A DNA stretch of 64,000 nt from Octopus vulgaris. Lineage: Eukaryota. Of this stretch, positions 1 to 12,003 are shown piece after piece. The DNA lies in contig OX597825.1 in NCBI GenBank assembly GCA_951406725.2, positions 7,998,001 to 8,062,000 of the forward strand. Reading direction: 5' to 3'. The notes beneath the pieces were generated by a model. The model worked only from the letters and a program-made list of their open reading frames with translations. It made no database searches and was not told the DNA's origin. The translations under genes and the position numbers were made by a program. Numbering within the stretch: the stretch's first letter is position 1; each line of letters opens with the position of its first letter.

Positions 1-54
1 ACCTCTAAGCATTTCGTCCGGCGTGCTAACGTTTTTGCCAGCTCACCTCCGCCT
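1..54 (-). mobile_element. SINE family A, tRNA-like head fragment (runs off the window edge)
   Basis: Reverse complement reads ggcggaggtgagctggcaaaaacgttagcacgccggacgaaatgcttag, matching the heads at 12004 and 26895. Confidence 0.8.
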
Positions 55-71
55 TAAAGAACTATAATAAG

Positions 72-307
72 ATACCTATTTCTTTACTACCCACAAGGGG
101 CTAAACACAGAGAGGACAAACAAGGACAGACAAACGGATTAAGTCGATCACATCGACGCCAGTGCGTAACTGGTACTTAATTTATCGACCCCGAAAGGAT
201 GAAAGGCAAAGTCGACCTCGGCCGAATTTGAACTCAGAACGTAACGGCAGACGAAAGACGGCTACGCATTTCGCCCGGCGTGCTAACGGTTCTGCCAGCT
301 CGCCGCC
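72..307 (-). mobile_element. SINE family A, full copy (tRNA head, Nin/Deu-like central domain, tail type 1)
   Basis: Near-identical to the copies at 12004, 26895 and 54915. Has A-box and B-box-like head (gagttcaaattcc) and central gtcgactttgcctttcatcctttcggggtcgataaattaagtaccag resembling the Nin/DeuSINE domain. Confidence 0.9.
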
Positions 308-839
308 TTAAGGACATATATAATAACAATATACGCAACATTTATTTCTAGAAGCCCCTGTATTGGATTCTATTTCAGCCCGCGCAGCCAGCACGCTGAC
401 CTAATCACCAGACGCGAATTACCATCCGTCATTTCTCTTTAACAGAAAGCTAAATGATCACACGTATTCATACAAATAATCTATGACATTGTAAGTGAAA
501 TTAATAAAGGCGCCACATAACTGTATCGGCATGTAATTAAAAAAAGTGCCTAATTTAGTTAATGATAATGAACAGCGGTAACTGAGTACAGAATATTTCT
601 TGTTTCGTAGCAGCTGTTTAACACAAAATAGTGAAATAAAGGTAGTTCGTGCTTGACACCACGAATTTCATATAGTATTACACACGGCAGACACACGTAA
701 ATACACATACACGCGCAGACACAAATACATACATATGTGTGTGTGTTTGGCGATGTGTATGAGGTAATATACGTACAGCGAGCATCTACAGTCTTTACAT
801 GTACAGAAAAATAATACATTGATACACCGCAATTAAAAT

Positions 840-1170
<331 letters not shown>

Positions 1171-1347
1171 AGGAAACGAAGCATAAGCAGCAAAAATAAT
1201 TAGAAAAATACACAAACACAACATAACAACACACGCCTGAGAGTGAGAGAGGGAGAGAGAGAGGGGGAGGGCGAAAGAGAGAGAGAGGAAGAGTGTGTAT
1301 TGTATCTATTTTGTATGGAATTAAAAATTTGTATACGTACAAACTCA

Positions 1348-1348
<1 letters not shown>

Positions 1349-1400
<52 letters not shown>
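1349..1400. repeat. (CA)n microsatellite
   Basis: Directly visible. Confidence 0.98.
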
Positions 1401-1403
<3 letters not shown>

Positions 1404-1529
1404 TAATATGAAAGGTTCTATTGTTTTGGCGAGATGATAAAAAGGAACATTACGACAAATGGTAATCATATTTATTACACTTCGTTCAATAAATGATTCG
1501 TTAACGTGTTTTCCTTGTTTATTAGTATT

Positions 1530-1760
1530 GTTTTCAGATTTAGGCACGGGGCCAGCAATTTGTTTTCTTTCTTTCTAAGGTAGTGGGAAAGCCAATTACA
1601 TAAAACCTCAGTGATCAACCGCTAATTATTTTATCGACTCAGCAAAGCTGAATGGTAAAGGCAACCTCGGCAATAATCGAATTGAGAACCTCAAGGCAGA
1701 CGAAATGCTGTTAATCACATTGACCAGCCACTTAACAAGTTCTGCTCGCTCAGCGCCTTA
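1530..1760 (-). mobile_element. SINE family A, diverged copy with tail type 2
   Basis: Degenerate match to the family A body; alternative tail (aattgctggccccgtgcctaaatctgaaa on the element strand). Confidence 0.7.
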
Positions 1761-1777
1761 TGTTATTTGTTAAGACT

Positions 1778-2157
1778 GGTTTCCAATTTTGGCACAAGGC
1801 CAGCAATTTTGTGGTGTGACTTAGTCAATTACATCGATCCCAGTGCCTAACTTGTACTTATTTTATCTCAGCCTGAAGTTATGTATGTCAAAGTCTACCA
1901 CAGCAGAATTTGAACTCAGAACGTAATAACAGACGAAATACCTATTTCTTTACTACCCACAAGGGGCTAAACACAGAGAGGACAAACGGATTTAGTCGAT
2001 TATATCGACCCCAGTGTGTAACTGGTTCTTAATTTATCGACCCCGAAAGGATGAAAGGCAAAGTCGACCTCGGCAGAATTTGAACTCAGAACGTAACGGT
2101 AGACGAAATACCGCTAAGCATTTTGTCAGAGTGGTAAAATTCTGCCAGCGTGCCGCC
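1778..2157 (-). mobile_element. SINE family A composite: diverged head, young head-less unit with tail 1, older body with tail 2
   Basis: Two body copies joined at aagaaata-ggtatttcgtct near 1941; the 1778-1940 part is more diverged and ends in tail 2. Confidence 0.85.
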
Positions 2158-2189
2158 TTATGTTGTTTATTCATATTATCGTGGGTAAT

Positions 2190-2635
2190 TGGTCGGCGAT
2201 TTGGGAGAATCGTTAGCATGCTGGGCAAAATGCTTAGTGGCATTTCTTTAGTCTTTACGATCGGAGTTCAAATACCCACGAGGTCGTGTTTGCCTTGCAT
2301 ATTTTTGGGATCGATAAAAAAAGGCGCCGTACCAGTTGAACACAGGAGTCGATGTAATCGTCACATTTTCTATCCCAAACTCCTTCTGCAAAATTCTGAA
2401 ATCAACATTGGGCGTTGATCAGGCAGGAATCGTTAGTATGCCAGACAAAATAATACTTACTGACATTTCTTCCATCATTAAATTCTGAGTTCAAATTCTT
2501 CCAATGTCGACTTTGCCATTCATCCTCGACTTTGCTTTCACTGTCGAAAATATAAATACCAGTTGAGCACTGGGGTCGATGTAATCGTGTTACCCCCATC
2601 TTCAAAATAGTAGGCCTTGTGCTAAACTAAAATTT
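2190..2635 (+). mobile_element. Two diverged SINE family A copies (about 2190-2390 and 2425-2635)
   Basis: gaatcgttagcatgctgggcaaaatgcttagtgg..., ctgagttcaaatt..., accagttgagcactggggtcgatgtaatcg motifs. Confidence 0.75.
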
Positions 2636-2723
2636 AAAATATTATCAAGAGATATGTGAAATACATCCTCTCTGTTCTAATCAATAAATATATATAAGCG
2701 TTAAAAAAAATTGTCTTACACAT

Positions 2724-2783
2724 AGAGTTACCAAAGGTTTCGCATCCACAAAGTAAAGCCTTGTGGACAGCTCGTCAGATTCT
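2724..2783 (-). ncRNA. Type I hammerhead ribozyme motif with intact core
   Basis: Minus strand reads AGAAU CUGACGA GC U GUCCACAAGG CUUUA CUUUGUGGAU GC GAAA CC UUU GG UA ACUCU: CUGANGA and GAAA boxes, 12-bp stem II with one bulge, 3-bp stem III, GUA cleavage triplet, stem I with 4 of 5 pairs. Confidence 0.8.
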
Positions 2784-2990
2784 TTAAAAAATACAAAATA
2801 AAAAATATCTCCGTCGGAGACGGGTGGAAGCTCTCAGCACTCGAGGATTACGTCTTGACAGAAATATTTTAATGAAGATAACCCATCTTGATTAAAGTGA
2901 TTTTGTCAAGATGTACTCCTCGAATTCTGAGCGTTTCCTCACGTCTGCGGCGTACGTATTTTAAATTGTGTTTTTCTAAATTGTGTTTTT

Positions 2991-3046
2991 CTGACTGAGC
3001 TGTCTACAAAGCTTTGCTTTATGGATGCGAAACCTTGGTTAACTCT
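2991..3046 (+). ncRNA. Degenerate hammerhead ribozyme copy (right arm of the palindrome)
   Basis: CUGACUGA GC U GUCUACAAAGC UUU GCUUUAUGGAU GC GAAA CCUUGGUUA ACUCU: one extra base in the CUGANGA box and the 5' strand of stem I lost. Confidence 0.6.
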
Positions 3047-3189
3047 GTCCAAGATAAGAAATTTTTGTTGTAATAGTTACTGCTCTATTCTTTTGAGTGT
3101 GCTTTTTCTCTGATATATGTTTTTTACTAACTGACTATATATGTATGGGTGTGTGTGTGCATGCATCGATCTATCTTTCTATCTCCCCC

Positions 3190-3332
<143 letters not shown>

Positions 3333-3479
3333 TTTTTCGAGAAACAATACCTGCTTGGTGATGGTTTTCTTCGAAGGAATGCAGAATTTGTGCGTTGCCG
3401 AGAAATGTTTTATTAATGTGGACAAAATGTATCAGATTGTGTTGCTGTTACATTCTATCTATATCTCTGAACTGTAATA

Positions 3480-4400
3480 AAGTTCCCTCTTCTGTTCCTG
3501 AAAAATTATTATAGTGCAAATCATAAAAATCTTGCTCTTTAAAACCGCTCTTTAGTAGAACAATATTTTTGGGTGATCGGCAGCCCAGTAAATATATAAG
3601 TGCATAATAAGAGGTTACTTATCGCTTCTGCTACTTAATCTATAATAACAATGGCTTAGAATTGTATTATATAATTATGTAATGTCCTAGTTTGCTTTAA
3701 TAAAATTATTGCTGTTTTGTTCATAAGTCTCCATTACTATATAGAAATTACTTGGTCATGGGCAGTTTCAGGATAGATTCCATAAATATGCCAATTAGGT
3801 TCTTACAAAACTTATCCATTCCTTTTATAGGCGATGGCTGAAAATAACATTTTTATAATACGTATATAAGGAGTTTCTGTTAGCTTGTAAGTATAGTATG
3901 AAGAATTGTCTTTCATTCCATTCCATTTCCTACAGAAGTGTTAAAAAACTTCTTGTTGTCATGGTTGTAATCGTATCAATATCTGAGTTAGTGGTGTGTT
4001 TTTTTTACCTGCTCCCCTCCAGACATTCATGACGAGATATATTAATATCGATATTATAGATGTGTTGTTTTTTCATTGTAATATGCTACCGTGTTCACAA
4101 TCTACATTACTAAAATACTTCACTGCCACAGCTAATCTGGTACACTTTCTAGCAATGCGAGTTATAGTTATAGATAAGTATTTTACTGTGAATTATTGCA
4201 AACTTCAGCATTCCTTGACTTCGATCGCCAGTAAAAAAAGAAAGCCGAAGCTCTGCCATTGGTTTATGCCAAAGAACGAGGAACCAAGATACGAAGCAGT
4301 CGCTTATGTTTAGTCTGGTGAAGGCGGAACAAGAATAATACGTGATACTCCGAGTGTCTTGGGAGACAATCATCAACTTTATACTAACACAAACATCTAT
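3480..4400 (+). mobile_element. Possible highly decayed Penelope-like RT/GIY-YIG relic
   Basis: Frameshifted fragments in the expected order: HKN..LKPLFS..IGSP (cf. KxHK..PLRPIVS..GSPTY), LVMGS (cf. GxxMGSP), HSIPFPTEV (cf. HPxIxFTxE), AVAY...DTPSVL (cf. VVY..YIGxTxRxL). Read by eye only. Confidence 0.3.
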
Positions 4401-4605
4401 ACTAAGACACATACACATACATGCACGCATTGAAACACACACGCACACAGACCACAGGCACAAATGCACACAAACACATATACATGCACAGAGATACACA
4501 CACGCACACTCGCATGAATAAAAACACAAGCACTCGCTTATGCATAGATGTATATATTAGATCGGACTGGTTAAGTAACACTAATATATATATATATAAA
4601 GATAT

Positions 4606-4710
4606 AAAACCCCAAGACAAATATGTGGGGATATCAGCCGAAACTTTGTGTTAACACCAAACAAGATGAGGACAAATATCCGTCAAATGTAAATGATGTA
4701 AATAATGTAA
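4606..4710 (+). mobile_element. Short PLE-terminus-like repeat fragment, same family as 36738-36852
   Basis: atatcagccgaaactttgtgttaacaccaaacaagatgaggacaaatatccgtcaaatgtaaat matches the reverse complement of the 36741-36812 sequence; the CUGAUGA box is deleted here. Confidence 0.7.
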
Positions 4711-5035
4711 GCGAATGAAATCTAAGAAAACTCAAATGAGTAAAACTAATGCAGATTTAACAGAGATGAATTCGTAAACAAAAGGAGGGGGAAAAGGATT
4801 AGAGGACAAAGGAGAGACCTTGGGAAATAAAAGATGAACGTGAATATGAAGAGAAATGAAGAAAAAACGAAGTGGAAGCCATACCTAAGTCAATATTTTT
4901 ATTGAACATATGTGTGAGTAGATAGTCCACTCTCTAAACAGATAACGCTCAGCATGTCTGTATTTCTTGATTACCTCCGATATGATACTTAAATAGATTT
5001 CATTTCAGAAATTTCTTTATCCATTTGCCCTGCTT

Positions 5036-5170
5036 TTGTGTGTGTGTGAGTGTGCGTACATCCATACCTTTTGTGTGTGTGTGTGTGTGCATCCAAGTCC
5101 TTTTGTCTGTGTGTGTGCATCCATGTCCTTTTGTCTGTGTGTGTGCATCCATGCCTTTTTGTGTGTGTGC
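5036..5170. repeat. Minisatellite, about 5 units of ~24-30 bp built from (TG)n plus catccatgtccttt
   Basis: Repeated gtgtgtgcatcca(t/a)g(t)ccttttgt. Confidence 0.85.
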
Positions 5171-5876
5171 GTATTGCGAGTGTGTTCAAAACGTGTAGAT
5201 TTACTACATTCAAACCAGATGAAACATTTTTAATGGAGAATTTTAAATGAAGGCGGAAGAATGAACGTAGGAAGGACATTGAACGATAAAGCAACATCAC
5301 AGAAGTGTTGATATACAGAAATCAATGGTGAAATATCGATAATAATTTATTTTCAACGAGTTGGGAAAAAGTTGCATAAATATATATATATGCATGTATG
5401 CGTTTGTGTGCTTTTATGTATGTGTGTGTATCTGTGTTTGTGTGTGCGTGTGTAAAGAGAGAACGAGAGAGAGAGAGAGAAAATTTAGGCATATTATGAA
5501 TATATCACATGAAATTCTACATTTAAAATAATCGTTATTGTACTTTAGACGCATACATAAGCGAGAATATAGATAGAAGAGAAAAATATCTATATTTCTG
5601 CTTACCTAATAAAGAGATAACAAAATCAAATTTATTATAAACTCGTAGACATGCAGATATTTATATCATAGAAGAAAAACCAAAGAACCCAAAAATAAAA
5701 AAAATAAAAAATAGAAACAAAAAACAAATCTATGACCTCATTGCCATTAAAAATTTTATTCTAAAACGTATAAGGAAATTGATTATTATAACTCTTTTCA
5801 CGCAATATCCTAAGTCTTGTATAGAAACAATTATTATCAGAGATGCAGAGGCTGTTGTGGTTGTTGGTGGTGGTGC

Positions 5877-5877
<1 letters not shown>

Positions 5878-5948
<71 letters not shown>

Positions 5949-6116
5949 CATTATTATTATTATTGTTATTAGTAATCTTATTATTGTTGTTATTATTATT
6001 ATTGTTGTTATTATTATTTATTATTGCTATTATTATCATTATTGTTGTTATTATTATTATTGTTATTATTATTACTATTATTATTATTATTATTATTATT
6101 GTTGTTATTATTATTA

Positions 6117-6195
<79 letters not shown>

Positions 6196-6258
6196 TATTA
6201 TTATTATTATTATTATTAATATTATTATTGTTGTTATTATTATTATTGTTGTTTTTAT
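5878..6258. repeat. (ATT)n/(GTT)n microsatellite
   Basis: Directly visible. Confidence 0.98.
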
Positions 6259-6740
6259 TGTCCAATAATTTTGGTTTCTTTTTTGTATTTATATTGATGC
6301 GGCAATTGCTTTCGTTATACATGTTGTTCTATTGTTGGTTCTTTTTATGTTAATACTACTGTTGTTGTTGTTATTGATGATGATGTTGATGTTGATGATG
6401 ATGATATTGTTGTTGTTGTTCATATAATTTTTCTAGTTATTATCCGTTGTAATACAAGACAGATTTCGTCTCCGCTTATAATGCGACTCGGTTTCATTGT
6501 GTTCGGTGAGGCTGTCCATGGAGTGTGGTATTTGAGACTATAATGTCACGTCATACTATTTAACGATATTTAACATTCTGAAAGAAAAGTTGTCCATAAT
6601 GTCGTAAATATCACAGTCATTATTTTACAACCAATTTTCTTAAATTACTTTAGTTAAATATAATTACAATCATGTTAGAAGAAGAGATGATGATATAATT
6701 AATGTATTTTAATGATTTGGCACCATTGCCAACAAAGCGA

Positions 6741-6744
6741 TCAT

Positions 6745-6786
<42 letters not shown>

Positions 6787-6882
6787 CTCTACTACTACCA
6801 CCACCACCACCAATAGTAATAATAAAAAAAAAAATAATAATAATAATAGTAATGATGATGATGATTATAATGATAATAATAT
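6741..6882. repeat. (ACT)n-(ACC)n-(AAT)n compound microsatellite
   Basis: Directly visible. Confidence 0.95.
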
Positions 6883-6959
6883 TATGGTATAAAAGATGGA
6901 CAAGATGGACTACAGCAAATATTCTGCTCAATACCACATATTACTTTGTCAGTTGTTTG

Positions 6960-7250
6960 ACCTTAACCAGTTGACCTTGTCCCTTAGTGGCTGACGATTT
7001 GTGCATCTCTGATCATGAGCAGAAGTAATGGGGGAGCATCATAGCCGGGTGTTGAAAGGAATTCTTGGAGGATTGGATAATTCACCTTTGGAAACATGGG
7101 TGATTCGTTCAACATCCTTAAACAATCCTTATTCAGGGACCTTTCGAGCGAGATGGGTTACTCGACCACAAGAAAATTCTAACTGGGCCCCACCTGCAAG
7201 GTCATGTGCTGTTTATCTTGATATGAGATCACCATGTCGCGCTCATATTG
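6960..7250. mobile_element. Interspersed repeat of unresolved class
   Basis: GC-richer block (gtgcatctctgatcatgagcagaagt...aactgggccccacctgcaaggtcatg) that I recall as an abundant octopus repeat; single copy in this window. Confidence 0.4.
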
Positions 7251-7299
7251 TTGCAGCCTCAGCGCATGTTTGCGCATCAATAGCCACGACATAGCCGTC

Positions 7300-8200
7300 C
7301 CACATTTCATAAGGTGTTGACAACAAATGGAGCACCTGATCTGCGGAGTCCGTCGATGTTGGAACTAGGACAAGTTCACTGTTTCTCAGCTGAACTGTTG
7401 AGTACTGTTTTGCTAGGTCTTCTGTAACAAATCTGATTTCAATTGTGTCATATTCCTTTAACCCTCGACAGATAGGTTATGTCTCTCCAAATGGGTTGCA
7501 AGCATTTTCAACTGCTTGCTTTGAGGCAGTTTTCAAACGTCTATTTTTTGAAGATATAGTTTTGTACACCAAATTACGTCTGTTTCTATTGTCTATAATA
7601 TCTGGAGGTGCGTTTATCGAAACACATCTTTCGCTTTTACTTTTTAACAATGTTTCTGTAGTCTTTGAGAGATTCTACAGAAACATTAATGAATTCCTTC
7701 CTAGGCTGTGTCATTGAAGTAGAAACTCGGCTGTTTAATGCATTGAGTTGTTGTTGTTGTTGTTGAGTGTTCAATGTGTTAGTGGTGGTAGTGAGAGGGC
7801 TTGGATTCACAGGTGTTACGACACTTGCAGCGTCCATTAGCAGAATTTCCTTCCTCTTTTCCTCTTTTTTCTCGCGTTTCTTTTCTTCTTTTTCCGTCTG
7901 TTGCTTAGCGTTGCACATGCTAGCAATACTTTAGTCCTCTCTCTCCCCCCTGCCTTCTAACGCGTGGAAAGGGAGGACACTATTAATTTTTAACCATTTT
8001 GGCTGTTTCCCGACAGCAGAGCGAGGAAATCAAAAAGAAAGGAAAAAACCGGCACTCTTCTTCAAGGGCATTTTGAAAATTTTGACATTGAAAAATAAAA
8101 CAAAATGAAGAATTTAAATTAAAAAATTCTCCCCGAAAGGAGCGAAGTCCCACATAGCCACTCAGCTCAGCAAGAGCCCAGTCGGCCTAGCCACAGGAAT
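7300..8200 (-). mobile_element. Decayed 5' region and ORF1 N-terminus of a LINE (probably L1/Tx1 clade)
   Basis: Frameshifted reading continues from the ORF at 7918 (MCNAKQQ...) into LVYKTISSKNRRLKTASK and RGLKEYDTIEIRFVTEDLAKQYSTVQLRNSELVLVPT, resembling an RRM-like ORF1; clade assignment is from recall. Confidence 0.45.
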
Positions 8201-8329
8201 ATAAACAATTTTCAGATACAACAATATTATCTGTAAAAATTGAACAAAAACTTACACCTCACGAACACACACCCTTCCTCTTTGAAATCCATGGGAAGAG
8301 TCCAATAATAATAATAATGATAATAATCC

Positions 8330-8516
8330 GTTATACTATGAGCAGAAGGCCTGAAATTTTGGGCAAGGGGACTAGTCGATTACATTAATCCCGAGAGGTT
8401 GAAAGGTAAAGTCGACCTCGGCTGAAAGGCAAAGTCAAACTCAGAACATGGCGACAGACAAAATAGTGCTGTGCATTTCGCCTGGTGTGCTAACGATTCT
8501 GCCACATTCCAGCCTT
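8330..8516 (-). mobile_element. SINE family A, rearranged diverged copy with tail type 2
   Basis: gaaaggtaaagtcgacctcggc and gtgctaacgattctgcca motifs. Confidence 0.75.
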
Positions 8517-8519
8517 AGA

Positions 8520-8550
8520 ATACTACTACTACTACTACTACTACTACTAT

Positions 8551-8584
<34 letters not shown>

Positions 8585-8586
8585 GC

Positions 8587-8666
<80 letters not shown>

Positions 8667-8677
8667 TTAATAATAAT

Positions 8678-8775
<98 letters not shown>

Positions 8776-8820
8776 CAACAACAACAACAGCAACAACAAT
8801 AATAATAATAATTATAATAG
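8520..8820. repeat. (ACT)n-(AAT)n-(AAC)n compound microsatellite
   Basis: Directly visible. Confidence 0.98.
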
Positions 8821-10299
8821 AAATAATATATTATTGTTGTTATTATTATTACCAACTCTCGTTATATTTCGAGCTGCAACAAATGGTTTCACAATTAGTG
8901 GCAAAAGCGGCTGCAGCAACAGCAACAGCAGCAACATCCCGTGACCTGATCATTAATTTGTTGTTCCTCCGTTCGTTGTTGCTTGTGCTGCTGTCAAACA
9001 TACTTTTCTTCCAATGTTGATTTTTTTTTTCAGCAGAATGTACTAAAATTGATACTTTACCTGCGTATTCATATCAGCAGAATTCTCTGGCCAATGGCAA
9101 CTGTTCACCCGACCCATTATCACCATTATCCTGAGTAAATTCCTTTTCACTCATCAATAGTTTTATCTACGGAATACACTTAAATTTTTGCGCTTATCTC
9201 CCTAACCCTGTTCACACCTCGCTTAACTTATATTTCATTTCTTCGCTTTTGCTGTACACCGTCCGTTTGTTTAGCCTTACTTGCGCTCCCGAAACAGAGA
9301 AGAGACCTTGTGCTTTTGCGATTCAATGGGGATTGTATATGAATGCAGACCCCCACCCCATCTGAGATATTGTTGCTGATCATCAATGAGGCTTAGCACT
9401 TCTGTGAGGTCTTGAAATCAAGTCAAAAATACAGATCATCAGCAATCTACCTGGTCGTGAATTTCATGAATTTCCTGTCCATATAATGCAACACCGGCCC
9501 GTGGTCCGGAATGTGATGAAAACGTTCTTTCTAATACTACCTCGTCTCCAAGTTTGCTCCAATGATATCAACGTTTAACAGAACTCATCTTAAAAGTTTT
9601 AAGAAAGCATATGATAGTCTTTCCTTTACGAATTATCAAGTCTGATCTGCGTCATTGTTAACCATTTGCTCTTTGTACACCGGTGTGTTTAATAGACCTC
9701 TTGCTGTCTCTGGTAGAGTCATTAGACCAAGCTAAATACGGAAGATTTCATATATTTTATTCATAAAAAACTCAGCCAGAATATTCTTTCTAATTTCTTG
9801 TGTCTCTGGTGGAGGCGATGGCATTGATTTTGTCATTGTTCTTACTTTCAGGCTGTTTGTGTTCGATTTTATTATGGTAGTGACACTGACGATAGAAGTT
9901 TTCTTTTTGGTGGTGATGACGATGTTCATGTCTCTTTGTCGTTCCATAGTTTCAACACTATATGCATGAAGTTCTTTGAAAATTTCGCAACCAATATATA
10001 CTTACATGTCTGTGCGTTGTTTGTGTGTGTGTGTGTGTATTTATAAATATAAGCATGTATACATACACACATGTGCGTGTGTGGTGATGGTGTACCATAG
10101 AAAGCAATTTGAGGCCTTTACCAGGGAACAAAATAGTTATTCATCCACTCTCTGCTATCACTTCGGTAACAACATGGTCAACGTTAATATATATTGACAG
10201 AACTTGGGGGCAGATCCCAATGTAATTGAAGACAGCCTACGAACCAGTAAAAACGAGTGGTGCATAGAGGCAATAAACGTTACGTACGTCTGCACACGC

Positions 10300-10560
<261 letters not shown>

Positions 10561-11417
10561 GCACACATGTGTATATGTGTATTTGTGCGTGTTTATCTAA
10601 GTCTATGTAAAGAACAAATCAAAACATAGAAGTGAGTTTGCATCCCTAATATTAGACCCGGTTCCTATTATGTTTGAAAGCAATTCCGAACGAATTTTTC
10701 ATGCAAATCCAGCAAATTTTCCACTGATTAACCTCGAAATAGCATTGTTTTTCTTAGTGATTTTTCATCTTCAACTACACTTAGGTGTGTTTTATTTTAA
10801 TATATTTTTTGTTTTTATTTCCTGTGCTATTTGCAAACATGATGTTGAAACGACATTTCCTTGTGTGATTAGATGTCTGAGCCATGTGTTTGCATATTTA
10901 AAATATATATTCCTCACCTTAATACACATGATTAAGAACTTGTGTCGGTTGTATTCTTTTTAAATACATTCCGCTCGTAACACAGCATTTAACAAGTTTG
11001 ATATTGGCCGATAGAAAACTATCATAATATAACATCAGAGAAGAGAGGAAACGCATAATGAAGGTGTATGTTGTTATGCTTCTAGAAAATGTTTGAATTG
11101 TACACGACATGCAACAATTTGTAAAGAGTCGGAAGTCTTTGAAGCATCCACATGAAAGAACGGTAATAAAGAAAAGAATGGCGAATACAGTAGATGGTAA
11201 GCAGGTATAATATGATGGATGGCTTTATCTATTCAACTCAACAGAAAATATTCCGTAGTTATTAATGTCTTATTGGAATTTTGCAGATTTATTTTTATAA
11301 CAGACACCTAGGTGTTTAGAAAACAGGGGACATATTTAATATATCCCCTAGCTACCATCCATTCCACATAAAGCTGTATGGATGCTCACCTATATACATT
11401 TATGCTACATACACGGA

Positions 11418-11480
<63 letters not shown>

Positions 11481-12003
11481 TTGCCGAAAATTATTATATT
11501 TGAAATCGTTCAGATTAAATACATTTTGAACTGTCGATGTTTCCTTAGTTGACTAGACTTTATAACACTAGACTGTCTTACTGGTATTCATGATTTAGCC
11601 TATATCTATCTTGTGTTTCTACATTATCACATAAAGAATAATACATTTCTCAGACTTATTATGGCAAATGAAAATGGTATTGATAATATTCTTCACTTCA
11701 CATTATACTTCCCGGAAACTCCGGAATTTTCTGTGGAATCGCTCAAAACTTACCATCAATAAATTTCTACGACTGTTTGTTTTCAAAATGAATGTGGGAG
11801 CGCAAAGCTGTCTGTTATATGTAACGTTTGAGACTGTTCACTCAATAAAGCATCTGTGTAGAATGACTCTTCAAATTTTACTGAATGCTCAGTATAATTT
11901 TACATATGAAGACGTGTCAAGTTATATAAAAGCCAAAATAGAAAGAAATGGATGACATTCACATCCATGAAACATAGTTTTATGGTTTTATAGTTTTTAG
12001 TAG

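Larger units (their letters stand above)
2703..3066. mobile_element. Imperfect ~360-bp palindrome (foldback element) derived from a Penelope-like element terminus
   Basis: The left arm agagttaccaaaggtttcgcatccacaaagtaaagccttgtggacagctcgtcaga is the imperfect reverse complement of tctgactgagctgtctacaaagctttgctttatggatgcgaaaccttggttaactct. The inner arms also pair, with the centre at agataacccatct (2877-2889). Homologous to 62020-62140. Confidence 0.85.

Noticed and set aside
2014-2418. Recurrent peptide YRPRKDERQSRPRRNLNSERNG in several ORFs
   Set aside because: Antisense translation of the SINE A body, not a protein family
9560-9650. FKKAYDSL resembling a LINE RT motif
   Set aside because: No flanking RT motifs in order; too short to support a call
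11086-11196. AG...GTAAGC-bounded 111-nt candidate exon
   Set aside because: Stops in all three frames and no supporting neighbour exon; could only be a UTR or first exon
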